Part shown: piece by piece, positions 48,219 to 60,278 of the stretch
Numbering within the stretch: the stretch's first letter is position 1
How the letters are laid out: each line of letters starts with the position of its first letter
Assembly: GCA_040954595.2 (NCBI GenBank)
Contig: CM082587.2
Location: 5,196,206 to 5,260,205, forward strand
Length of the DNA: 64,000 bases
DNA from: Balanoglossus misakiensis
Taxonomy: Eukaryota > Animalia > Hemichordata
Direction of reading: 5' to 3'
Position numbers and translations under genes: made by a program
Notes under the pieces: model-generated
Seen by the model: the letters and a program-made list of their open reading frames with translations, nothing else
What the model was told of the DNA's origin: nothing
The model's database searches: none

Positions 48219-51200
48219 TTATGGTGGATTTTCGATCTTCTGCCGTTTGTAGCAACCGTCGGGAAGAGCGTCTCGGATGTCGCGGACGTTTTGCACCGCG
48301 CCCCGGAGGTCTTCCAGGACGTCGTCGTATTCCCGGATCCACATGTCTTGCTCTTCCTTGGCCGCCCTCAATTCCCCGAGTTTCCCGTCGATGTTGGCGC
48401 CTTGAAGGGTGTCGTTGGTGTCGATGAAGTCTTGCTCCAGCTGGGCCAGTCTCTCGAGGTCCAGCGGCTCTAAGTTGGCTGTGAACGGGAATATTAGTTT
48501 GCTGGTTTAGATGTCTACGTAATCAATTTCGGGACCTCATGAACATCAGGGAGACAAAAAATCAGATTATCTTCGAATTTATAAGACTCAGCGACAAATT
48601 CAAGATTTTCATGTACCTTGGAAATATTGGGAAGTGTAGCACGGGAAATTTGAAATTAAACTTGAACATGAACATCGTTAGACATCACAGGCAATTGTCT
48701 CTGAGTCTGCTAAGTGACCGTGACCAGAATCAAATCAAAATTTACAGAATTTCAAAGATACAACCCCTGTGCACTCGCTGCCAAATCAATGGAACCAGCA
48801 AAGCAGAAAGAGAGACCAGACCAACCTAAATCCTCCAAGAGTTGATCGACATCTGCCAGAGCTTGTTCAACAGCCTTGGACGCTTGCTCCGCATCACGCT
48901 TGGCTTCGTTGGCCTTCATCAACGCCTGAAATTCAAACACATTCATTAACGACATCCAGTGCAGTTTGAGTAAAGCAGAAAGGTATGTTTTGTAGAAGCT
49001 ACTCTCAATTCCACAGGTTATCCACTGGTAGGCTTATACTCTTCTGAGTATATGCAGCCAACGTCCCTAAATAAACCATGTTGGGTTAAAGGTATATAAT
49101 CTCCCCGCGGTGCAACTCAGAGATTTTGGGGGTGTGCATGCCTACCTCTTGCGCGAGGGCAGCATCATTGTCCGCCTGTCCATCCAGACCGTCCAACTCT
49201 TCCTGGGTCTCGCCCACGTCCATCATCAGCTGAGTAGCCTCGTCAGTCAGACCAGTGGCGTCTTTCAAGGTTTCCTCCGCGTCATCTTTGACCTGGCCAG
49301 CACCCTGGGTGGTAGGGGTGGGGTTGGGAGGGGGGAGGAACAAGGACAGAGAAAGAGAGAGGTTGTCCTTGTTGGTTGCGTTTCTAGTAGTGTGCTTCGA
49401 GTTCTTACATCAAGATATGTTTGGGTGTGTGACTGGCTAAGCTGACTATCTTCACTGGTCTAACACATGTGTCTAGATTTCTTATCGGCCGAAAGCCCAT
49501 CTCCCTTCTGACTGATATGTCAATGCAGCTGATGACATTGGTGCAGACACGCTTTCAGATAAACAGCTGAACAGCCTTCTTTGGCTCTCGCGTATTTCGT
49601 GAAAATATACAATATGCATGTTCACCAAGACTACTTTGTCAACAGGAATGAACAGTACTGTAACAGCACACAGTAACTTTCAGTTGCACTTTTGCAAACC
49701 ATAAATGGATGGAGTACTCACTTCCGAGGCCTCTTCCGCGATGCCTTCCGCCTCCGTGGCTGCGTCCCTTGCCGCAATGGCATCTGCTTCGGCGCCCTCT
49801 ATAGCCTCGTTGGCTTCGTCTGCCGTGTCGGTGGCCTCCCTGATGAGTCGCTCGATCTCGGGGATGTTGTTGAGGGCCTCCTCCGCCTCGCCCTTGCTCT
49901 GTTCGACCAGGTCGTTAAAGCCTGCAAAACAGACGTCAAAGAAAGAAAGATACCATCATGGGATTATACGTAGGTATCTTTGCCTTGACTATATACAGGG
50001 TCACCAGTGAAACTAACAGCTGCAAGATCATCTGCCAAAGCCTCACCCTACTCCCCCTATTTCCTCATAGACAAGTCCAACCATACCACTGGAAACAGTG
50101 GGGATGAACCAAACTGCAATGGTGATGAGGAGGAGCATTACTGTCACACGTGTATACTCCCTTTTAAAGTCTGACTGACCTTTGAGTGTTTCCAACATCT
50201 CCCTAGCTTCTCTGACGGTCTTGTCTCCCTGGTTGATGGCCGCCTCTGCAATGGCCTCGGCCGCGTTCACTCTGGCAAGCAGCAAGTCGGCCGCCTGTTG
50301 ACACAATTCAATGTTGTTGTTGTTGTTGTTGTTGTTGTTTGTTAGTCGAAATGGCAGGTGTAAGGTTGGAAAAAAGATGCAAATTGGTTGTGGTTGAGGG
50401 ATGCATGACTACAATGTATTGGAATTGTGGTGTGGTACATGTTCTGGTGCCAAATATGCCATATGGTCAATTTATTTTTTTAGTCAGAAAAATGCTTAGC
50501 TTAGATTTGTAGGCATGAAAAGGTCTCGTACTGAACTCTCATGTGTTTTATGTGCACCACAAAATATAAAATATGTAATATCGTGTGAAAGATCATTTCA
50601 ACACACCTGCTGAGCATCTTCGCCATCAGCCAGCAATTCCTGGGCTTCCGCCGAGTTTTCTCCAACTTCTTCAAGGAGGTCTCGGTTTTCTTGAATCAGC
50701 TCATCAGCGTCTGCTTTGATTTTCTTGGCCTGCGGATGGAGAGGAGTGGAAATTGAGTGTTTCGATGAGGAGAGTACAGCTCTTGAGGTAATGATACAGT
50801 GTACTGAACGTTCCTGTGGTAAAGCTGCACTTCGAAGACTCTGAACATGAAGCTTGGGTTTTTATATATCTTGTGAGGGAAAATCTTTTCTCTGTGTGCT
50901 CACACAAATCATGAACAGACGATAAGGGTACATTTGTTTTTGTTCAGGAAAATATTCATGAATTTCTCATTTCCCGGAGAATCGGCTAAACAAGAATTCG
51001 TGACGACTCACCTCATCCATGATCAGACTGGCATTTCCAATGAGGGGCGCAACATCAATGGTTGGCAGCGGCGAGTTGGCGTCGGACAGAATGGACGTGG
51101 CCTCATCCAGGAGATCCAATGCTCTCTGCTGTGCCGTCTCGGCAAGCATCATGGCTTCTTTGGCCAAATTTTCCGCTTCGTCAAACCTGTGATTAGTATG

Positions 51201-54200
51201 GAGAGGAGGGGGTGGGTGGTGCGGAGGAAGAGATGGGAGAGGGGGGAGGGTGTGAGATGGGAAAGAGAGTGACGGTATGGGGAGAGAGAGACAGGGGAAA
51301 TATCATATTAAAAGTCATCTCCATGATGATGTTGCTATTTTTTGAGCTGATACATACTGACTGTGCATGTTCCATTTTTGCCAGTGAAAATTCAGCATGT
51401 TACCCACCTGTCTTGGAGTTCCTTAATTCTCTCAGGCAGAATCTCTTCACAATCTATGGCATCCTGAGCAAGTTTGAGGGCTTCCTCGGAGATATTCAAC
51501 GCCTCGTTCGCCAGATCCTCAATCTCCATAGCTTCTCCTGTTTGCCTGTAGAAAAAAAGGTGCGTTGTATCTCTTATCACTGTCATATTGTCTGAAGGGG
51601 CACAAGTCGGGCACATTGACAATGGGATGAATGGGTCAGGGTATTTGCAGAAGACTCAGCAAAGATCACATACTCATCAGCTGCTTCTCTGGCCTTCTTG
51701 GCCAACTTGGCCATTTCTTCGGCCTGGTCTCCGAGGTCCATGGCCGACTCCTTGGCCTTCTCCAGGGCGTCCAGACCCTGGTTTTTCAGATAGTCTTCGG
51801 CCTCGTCCAGCAAGTCCTGTGCTCGCTTGATGGCTTCCTCCGCATCACCGATGTCTGCAGGGAGACGTTTTAGACCAATGTTTAGAAGAATGTGTCGAAC
51901 GTAGGCACAGCAATGGTTAATACGCCAAAGGCAGGAATGAAAATGATGCAACCTGACCGCAACAATGGTCGGTGAACACAAGAGTACATTGGTATGTATT
52001 TCAGATTTTTTGTGGGCACATATATGAGCAGTACACTACAAATCCACATATTACATAAACAAGACCTCTGAGGGGACACACATGCACACCCCCCCCCCTC
52101 CCACACACACACCCTTGACATAGCTACATTAACTGTATGTACTAATAGACTTGCCCAGTTTGCCGTTGTTCACTGAATTCTGAGCATCGTCTACATTTTC
52201 ACTAATTCTCTGCATCTGATCCTGCAAGCCCCCAATGCTGTCCTTGATGTCATTCAAGTGTTCCAGCAAAGCAGAGTCGTTTCCTGCAACAGGTACCAAA
52301 AACATAATTACAGTCTAACTGAGAATAAAAAACGGGTAACCATGCGAAAATTTTGACAGATGGAATTGTCTTAAATTTGAAATTCAAAATGGCCGCCAAT
52401 CTCTGTGTTAACTCTATGAAGAAAATTCAAAATGGCCGCCAATCTCTGTGTTAACTCTATGAAGAACATTCAAAATGGCCGCCAATCTCTGTGTTAATGC
52501 TATCACATTACCTGCTGCCATCATGGCTTCCTCCAACAACTGATTGATGGTGTCGTTGACCTCTTTCATCCTCTTCTCAAAGTCCTCGTCGTTGATTGCT
52601 TCAGGGTTGCTGCCAATGTTGTCAATCAGGTCCTTCAAATCTTTGAGTTTCTTCCTGTGCTCATCGACCTTGTCCTGAACCAGGTCATAGCAAGCTGGGC
52701 ACGCTGTAACACACACACACATAAACTGTCATTTTTTTGTCACTGTAAATTGGAAAGGTCGCAGAGGAAGAACACTTTGATCATGTCACAAGAAAATCCA
52801 AATTTGTCAAGGAATAAGTACCAGGTTTGTGAATGACGTCAAAAGTAAATTGGATACATCTGTTGGTTTTGATGAATCTGATGTCCCATCCAACCTTGAC
52901 TATGGTAGTTCATATTTCATACATATGACAACATTTAAAAGAATAAAAGAGTGATACTTTAAATCACTCTCGATTCTTTGCACAATTTTAACCCTTTCAC
53001 CCCCAGTTGCCTCTTTAGAGGTCCAACCTTAGCATAGAAAACAATGGCTTTGGACTGAACCATTGTTGGTGAAAGGGGGTTCAGGCATCATCACTGGATA
53101 AAAACAGCCACTGTTTACGGCCACAACTTACGGATGCATCCCAGGGCCAAGTTGTACTTGTTCTCTTCGCACATGTCGCACTTGCCGCCGATGACTCCAG
53201 GCTTGCACAGACATTCGCCGTTCTCGTCGCACTGGAGACTGAGAGAACCCTGTGGATCACAGTTGCAGGCTGGAGTCGAGGGGGAAGAGGAGGAAAGGTG
53301 GTTCACAGATTAGATAAAGGAAAATGGAAACAGAATTACATTTTTCACCTATCATGTGGTATTTGAATAGCATCTTTCCTTTTCTTTACTTTATCTCTGC
53401 TCAGTGGTTTTGGCATGACTCTCCAAGATTGCAGACTGAGAAAGGAAGACATTCACAAGACTGAAAGACAAAAACGACAGCTTTTTCCCCCTCATACCTG
53501 TACATCCAGTTTCCGAGAATCCGTAGTAATTGGGAAGGCACTCCTCGCACTTCTCCCCGGTGACGCCCGGCTGGCAGATGCACTGCCCGGTGCTGACCTC
53601 GCACTCGCCGTTCAGCGACCCCATGAAGTGGCAGTTGCACTGGACGCAGCCGTCGCCGCTGGCGATGTCCCAGTAGCCCGGCTCGCACTCGGTGCAGTTG
53701 CGGCCGGTCACAAACGGCTGGCAGTCGCACTGGCCGCTGACCGGGTGGCACTCCACGCCCCGGGAGCCTTCCCGATCACACAGGCACGCTGCAAGGGCAA
53801 AAAAAAAAAAAAATTAAATTCCTAGCACCAAAGACACAGGGTATGTTTACAGGGCATATGCTTTGCACGGCCGACCTTTCTTTATCTCTTTTCGTTTCCC
53901 AATCAACAGTTCAGAGCACATAAAAAAAAGTCTGTTGCCTTTACACTGAGTCAGTGCACTGAAGTACTCACGTTTACACTGTCCCTTTGGATCTGCCAGG
54001 GCATCGCCATAGAAACCGGGCAAACATTCCTTGCAGTTGAAACCTCCCGTGTAGAAGATGCATTTCAAACATTCTCCAGTTACACTGAAATGCAAAAACA
54101 AAAGAACATCCACAAATCATCTCAAGGCAAAATCTGTAGCCATTTTTTTTAGGGGGGTGGTCATCTTATTTGCGATATGTATCCATTTTTTTCACCAAAC

Positions 54201-57200
54201 AGATCATCCAGGATTTTTACTACATGTATCATGTAACACAAGTTAACTAGACTACATGTAGAAGCACACTCACCTATTGCAATTGCCAACTGCATTGGAA
54301 TCAATGTTTCCATTACAGAGGCATGCCTGACAAGGCGTCGCTGGACCATACAGTCCCTGGGGGTCGCCGAAAAAGCCATCCGCGCACACTTCACATCGTG
54401 ATCCTGAAAAGAAATGGGGTGCAGGTATTAAGCTGTGAGTGCCAGTCTGCATGAAACCTTGTGGCAAGATTTTTCACATCAAGAAAGTGAACATAAAAGC
54501 AATGCACATGCTTCACTTTCTAACCATGTCTGGGTTCTCCCAGACTGCAAAGATGGCCCACTCGGGACACAAGTGATGTATCTAGGGAGCATTTAAATTT
54601 TATTCCAAATGGCATTGCACTACTGTTTCTGTTATTCTATAGCCATCAGTGGTTATAAAGACACAACCCTAACCTGTGTAGCCGGGATCACAGTCGGTGC
54701 AGAACACGTCATCCTCGACCTCCACGCAGGCACTCTGACCGGGGCACGGGCAGGGTTGGCAGTCGTCGGGGGTGCCGTCCCTGGCGTTGCCGTAGAAACC
54801 GACCTTGCACCTCTCGCAGTTGTCTCCCTCCGTGTTGTGCTCGCACAGGCATGCACCTGAAAATCAGAAGAAAAACACATAAAACACCATGGCAACTTAA
54901 GTTCGACTTGCATGAGTCCCTTGACATTCTCCCTCGACACTACAACCACCAGTTACATCTAAGGTTAGGGTAAGTCTCTGGGATGCAAATGCCATAGATT
55001 GGCCCCAAGAACACATTCGAGCATTCTACACATACAGGTATGAATATGCCACAGGTAAATGAACTGGACAGATACAAATTTTACAGAATATCCCTGACAC
55101 GGCACTATTTACCTGTATTGACGTCGCACGCAGACGAGTGTCCATTGCAGTTACAAGGTATGCAGCGACTGTACTCGCCGTGCTCAGGGCTTTCACGTCT
55201 GTAACCCGGCGCACACGCCTCACAGAACTGGCCGGCGTAACCCTCAGGGCATTGGCACAACTCCACCCAGTCGACTTGATCTTGCGCATCCAGTGACCTC
55301 GTGGCAGTCACCAACTTGACATCGTCCAGGAAACCGACACCTGCGAAGGGGGAAAACGGCATTTTAAAGAATTTCTCTCACAAAGGAGTGGTTTTGAACC
55401 AGCTGGAAGACAGTAGAAGGTACCAAACATCAAATGGTCTCCAAGTTCCACTGAAAGAAATACAGTAGTGAGATTGGCATACCTTGGTCCTGGTAAGTTC
55501 CCCTGATCTTGATGGCAGTTATGTCCGCCAACACTCTCTGGAATGTGAAAGTGTCCAGTGCTGGGCTCCAGCCATAGGAAGGATGTTCGTGGAGTCTGTA
55601 AAACGAGACAGGAATGAGGGGTTTGAGACAGTGTGCACTGTTGTATGTGAAAAGGCAGTGACGTGTGGTGTGGTTTAGTATGGTGTGGTGTGGTGTGATA
55701 TGGTGTGGTTTGGTGTGTTCAGTGCAATAGTGTATACGCCTGACGTGATCAACATACACTTCCATGCACTGTTATTTTTCAATGGAGCAAGCTGACACCT
55801 CTTACTTGAATACATATTCCTGAATGACAGTGTTCGGCATGGGGTTGCCCTGGGCAGTCAGCGGCGCCGATATGGTGTATCCACTGCCTGTGATGATGAC
55901 GTCCTGCGACGAGAGCCGGATTTCGTCCTCGTTGCCAACTCTGAAGGTGAACGAAAGCTCCCGTCCGTAGCTGAATTTCTGGTCTCCAAGTATGTCATCT
56001 ATTTGAAAAAAAAACATCACAAGACACAAATAGTCAGTGGTCACCTCCATATAGCAGCCACCTCTACATAGTGGCCACTTTGTTACAGTCCCTGTGCAAA
56101 TAACTGTCTATAAAGGCCAGTTTAAGAAAGTCCGTTGACTGGCTACTATAGACAGGTTTGACTGTATTAGTTGGAGCTGGACAGAAAGACTACGTATGAA
56201 ATGACATACTTCTTTAACCATTCCACCTTTATAGAGGTCTAACTTTAACATACAAAACAATGGACTTGGACCAAACCATGGTGATGCATAGGTTAGAACC
56301 TACCCGAGGCAACAAAATAATAGGGATAGATGTCTGGAGCTTGCATGCCAATGGCTGCGGTGAAGATGGTCCAACTGAGCTCTACCTCGTCTTGTCTACT
56401 GTCCTCTCCGGTCCAATCAGAACGACCTAAATTACAAATAGAAAACGGAAAAGTGTGAGAATACGTAAAACATAACAGAGAAACAAGAAATGTCTATATG
56501 AAAACTTGGCAACCACAATACTGAAACAGCAATGGTCACTGAAGATTCCATGGGATATCTTGGTAATACAACACTTTGACAAGATATATACAACACTTTG
56601 ACTGAGTAAATTTTCCAGGTATTTTCTTCTGTATTTTCTGTATTATGGACTTTTTTAAAGTCTGAAATAAATTACTACCAACTGACATGAGAATCTTGGT
56701 GTCTAACTTTGTATTATGTTCACGAAAAACAATGGCTATGCAAGCCAATATTGGGTAGAGGATATTTATGAAAAATGCTTCTTTGAATATATCTACCTCC
56801 TGAAAAGTCGAAGTCAATGGAATCTTCCACAAAGTCAGTGGCCGAAGTACAGATGGACGCATGACCGAAACAGAAACAAGCTGAACATCCAAACTGGTTG
56901 TCAGGTTGCAGATTGAAGTGGCCAGGTTTACATCTGAAAGCGAAAAAAACACAATTAGTTTGCAAAATTTCTTTCAAATCTTTCAAATTTGTCTGTTCAG
57001 TTCAGGAAGGCCTGGATTAAAAATGTAATCCTCTGATCTCCTACATGACCAAACAAGCTCTGCACAGAGAAATGCATGTCTCTCATCAGCAAACTGGAGA
57101 TGAGACTTACTTGTCACAGTTTATTCCCTCTACCTTTGTCTTGCACAAACAGATACCGGTGTCCGGCTGACACGTGGGATCGTTGTTGCGACTTCCGGCC

Positions 57201-60026
57201 ACAGAACACGCACAGGGTCTGGAACGAGAAGAGGCGACATTCTTTCACTGTACTGTAAACAAGAAACCTTGAGATTGCCCAAAAACCTGCATGGCATGGC
57301 AACTGCAGAAATGCATTCTGTGATTGCCCAGCCTTGTCTCGCTTTCATAAGCACAATGTCAACAGAAATGTCTTGAAACAGAGCTATCCCTACCTGCATC
57401 CTGTGGGCGAAAAGTCATAATAATCCTCCTGGCAACGGTTGCACTTTTCCCCGGTCACACCCGGCTTACAGATACAAGTGCCTGTTTCATCACACTGCGT
57501 TGTCTGTGATCCTAGGGTGCAAGCGGTAAACAGTCACGGTTAACAGAGTGTGAAGCCAGACAGGATCACTCTAATTCCAAGACAATGGCAAAAATCGGCC
57601 ATCTTGAAATTGTGTCGGCCATCTTGAAATTGTGTCGACTGTGTGAGATTTTCATCACTCACCTAGGTAGCAAAAACCTATTTAAGGCAGCGAGAATTGT
57701 TTTCCACTGGCATTAACTTACTCACCTGTACTGTTACAGTAACATGGCTGGCAGAAAGCTGTTGGACTCGTTCGGTAAAAATCATCCCTGCATCGTTCAC
57801 AGTTGGGTCCTGCAGTGTTCAACCTGCAGTCCACGCAGTGGCCACCGTTGCCAGTTCTGTCGTAGAGGTCTTGATCGAAGAAGCACCTGTCTGACAGGTT
57901 GTTACAATCACAAGCTGTCAAGATAAAATATTATAAAATTATATTGTGAGAAGACAGATTATGAAGACTTTCAGCATAGAGTACTGTACTCCATGGCTGG
58001 TAGTGTATACAATGTAATACTAATATTCTGCTTTAGCCAGAATGTCAAATTCACAATTTTCAATACCACTGTTCAATTGCGGGGCTCCCGAGCACACTGC
58101 AGCCAGTACAATTCCAACAAGGATACACTCCCAAGAAAGCATGTCCGAATCACTTTCCAGCTGTCCAGCACACTGAAAAGATTTCACTCTGGCCAACAAA
58201 CTGTATCCTTAGGTTTTCACTTACAGCCTATCAACTCGCTGAAACAACATCAGAACCTCAGTCAGGAAATCAAGAAACCCTGTCTGGCTATTCGCACAGG
58301 AAGTAGCCAGGATTGATTGTATGGTATGAGTCATACAAAGGAATAAATCTCTCCAATCAAACCACAAGAACGAACCGATACGGTCCAAAATCTTTTACTG
58401 TAAACATTTTTAAAACTATATCTTTTTCTCTGACTACATACTGAGAAGAGAGGTTCCCCTGTGCGGAATATTCACCAATGTGGCAGAGTACTGACAAGCA
58501 CGTCTTGCTGACCATTGTACAAGATTACGTGGATGAAAGACAGACCTATTTTACTACTATTGACAAAGAAAGCTCAATGATTTTATTTGTGAGGGGAGTT
58601 CATGCACAGAGTGAACTGAGACATGTGGGTGATGTTACTGCTATCACAAAGAGGATACCTTTAACCTGCATGTATGTATCACTTCCTCAGGAGAGGCACG
58701 GACAATAGAAACTCTGGGCTGTTGACAATCGTGTACAATATCAGCGACATGGCAGAAAGGATGTCACAGCTTTTACTGCAAGGTTGACGTGATTCATGAA
58801 CTCGGACTAAACCGACCCACCGAATCATGCTTGTGTTTCAACACAAAAATTATAGTCAATACACAAAATCAAAAATCCTGCAAAAAATAGCCAGTATGGT
58901 GCATTAATTTTTCGGGTGAAGTTGAAACACAGAATAACATGGCTCCTTCTCACCTTGGCATTCGTGTGCGTCGTCTGCTGTGGCCACTTGCCAGGGGATG
59001 TTGTTGTAGAAGGGTTTGCACTCATTGCAGTCCGGCCCAGCCGTGTTGTGTTCACAGCGGCACACCACTTCAAATTCGCCGCGTTCACCGGTACTTCTGA
59101 CACACTCACTGGCATGGCCGTTACATTTACACCTAAAACCAATCACAACAGTCACAAAGTTAGCCAACCAAGGCAAATAAAATGGCACACTGCACTAGAG
59201 GACATCAATTTTCAGTTAGTAAAATTATTCAGGCCTTCCATCAATTAATGTGACACTTTCAACACAAGCTATGGTATCATTTCGCTTGAATCTCCTTTGC
59301 TCCCTGATTGTTTGGTGATCTATGACATTTCGTAACCCTTTCACCCCCATTTCTCTCTATAGAGAGGTCCAACTTTGCCATAGAAAACAATGGATTTGGA
59401 CCAAACCATGGTGGTAAAAGGGTTAAAAGCAAGTGTCCATTCGGGCACGTTTTGCATAAGATTTCCAAGCCCCTTACCTTCCACCGACTGCAAAATCTGA
59501 GATGGCGTAGTAGTAGGATCGGAGGACATTGGGATCACGGAAGACTTCGTCTCCAAAGGTGTTCAGTCTGTTCAGCGTCACCAGAATATCAGTGGCAGTT
59601 ACCCAATCCTGTAGTCAAAGTCAAAGGCCAAGATTAGACTCAGAGGTATATGTACATAGCCAGAAAAATTACACATAGGAGGCTGGTAGACCAGGCACCC
59701 CCTGAGAGATCATTTGAGCCTCACCTGTAAAACGGGACTGTTGTCGAAATCATAAGCACTCGGTCTTGATTCCAGCGTGCTGAACGCCACATTGCCGCCG
59801 GTCAGCGGAGAAATATCGCTGAACTCGTCCGTGCACAGAGCCTTCGTCTCGTCGTCCACGGTGACGACCCCCCTGTTCTGAACTCTGTAAATTGTCTCGC
59901 ACGACCCGCTGTAGTATTGCCAGGGAATCCAGTCCCCGTCTCTGGTCGTTCTCTTGTAAATGGCAAAACTCTCCGGCCGGCTGGTGTGGAATTTAAGTCT
60001 GACGTATGTGACCTCAAAAGATTTCC
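48219..60026 (-). CDS. LAMC1: Laminin subunit gamma-1-like (5' exons beyond the right edge)
   Basis: LN domain exons 59725-60026 ([27 protein letters not shown]...[17 protein letters not shown]) and ~59479-59608. LE repeats ([20 protein letters not shown]). L4 domain ([33 protein letters not shown]). Nidogen-binding loop [10 protein letters not shown] (~54273-54402). Coiled-coil exons ~48826-52702. Last exon 48219-48478 ending [15 protein letters not shown]. About 27 GT-AG exons in the window. Confidence 0.95.
50312..50343 (+). repeat. (TTG)n microsatellite in laminin intron
   Basis: About 10 TTG units. A similar tract lies at ~60890-60914. Confidence 0.9.
52380..52497 (+). repeat. Three 43-bp tandem units containing TTCAAAATGGCCGCC
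   Basis: Units start at ~52383, 52426 and 52469. The same core occurs three times at ~9464-9545, and a related inverted form twice at ~57595-57640. Confidence 0.9.
52992..53079. mobile_element. Copy of TTAA MITE family
   Basis: TTAA|CCCTTTCACCCCCAG...AGAGGTCCAAC...CATAGAAAACAATGG...GGTGAAAGGG. Confidence 0.75.
59336..59422. mobile_element. Copy of TTAA MITE family
   Basis: CCCTTTCACCCCCA...AGAGGTCCAAC...CATAGAAAACAATGG...CCAAACCATGGTGGTAAAAGGG|TTAA. Confidence 0.8.
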
Positions 60027-60193
60027 CTGTCAAAGAAAAACAAGCAGAGATTTGAACAAATGTTAAAATCTTGGCCACACTAGTACATGTATTTTGTAGA
60101 CAGGTGATACGCCCTCTAGTGTTGATATATGCTACTTACACGCTGCCGCAGTTAAAAATTAGTTCTGTGAGCTGACCAAAGATGTTTTCTTAA

Positions 60194-60278
60194 CCCTTTC
60201 ACCACCAGTTCCCTCTATAGAGATCCAAACTTACCAGAGAAAACAATGGATTCGGACCAAACCATGGTGGTGAAGGGG
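60194..60278. mobile_element. ~85-bp piggyBac-like MITE (TTAA duplication), best copy of a dispersed family
   Basis: TTAA|CCCTTTCACCACCA...TGGTGGTGAAGGGG|TTAA. Related copies at ~11117-11184, ~31248-31297 (deleted, inverted), ~52992-53079, ~56214-56296 and 59336-59422. Confidence 0.8.
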
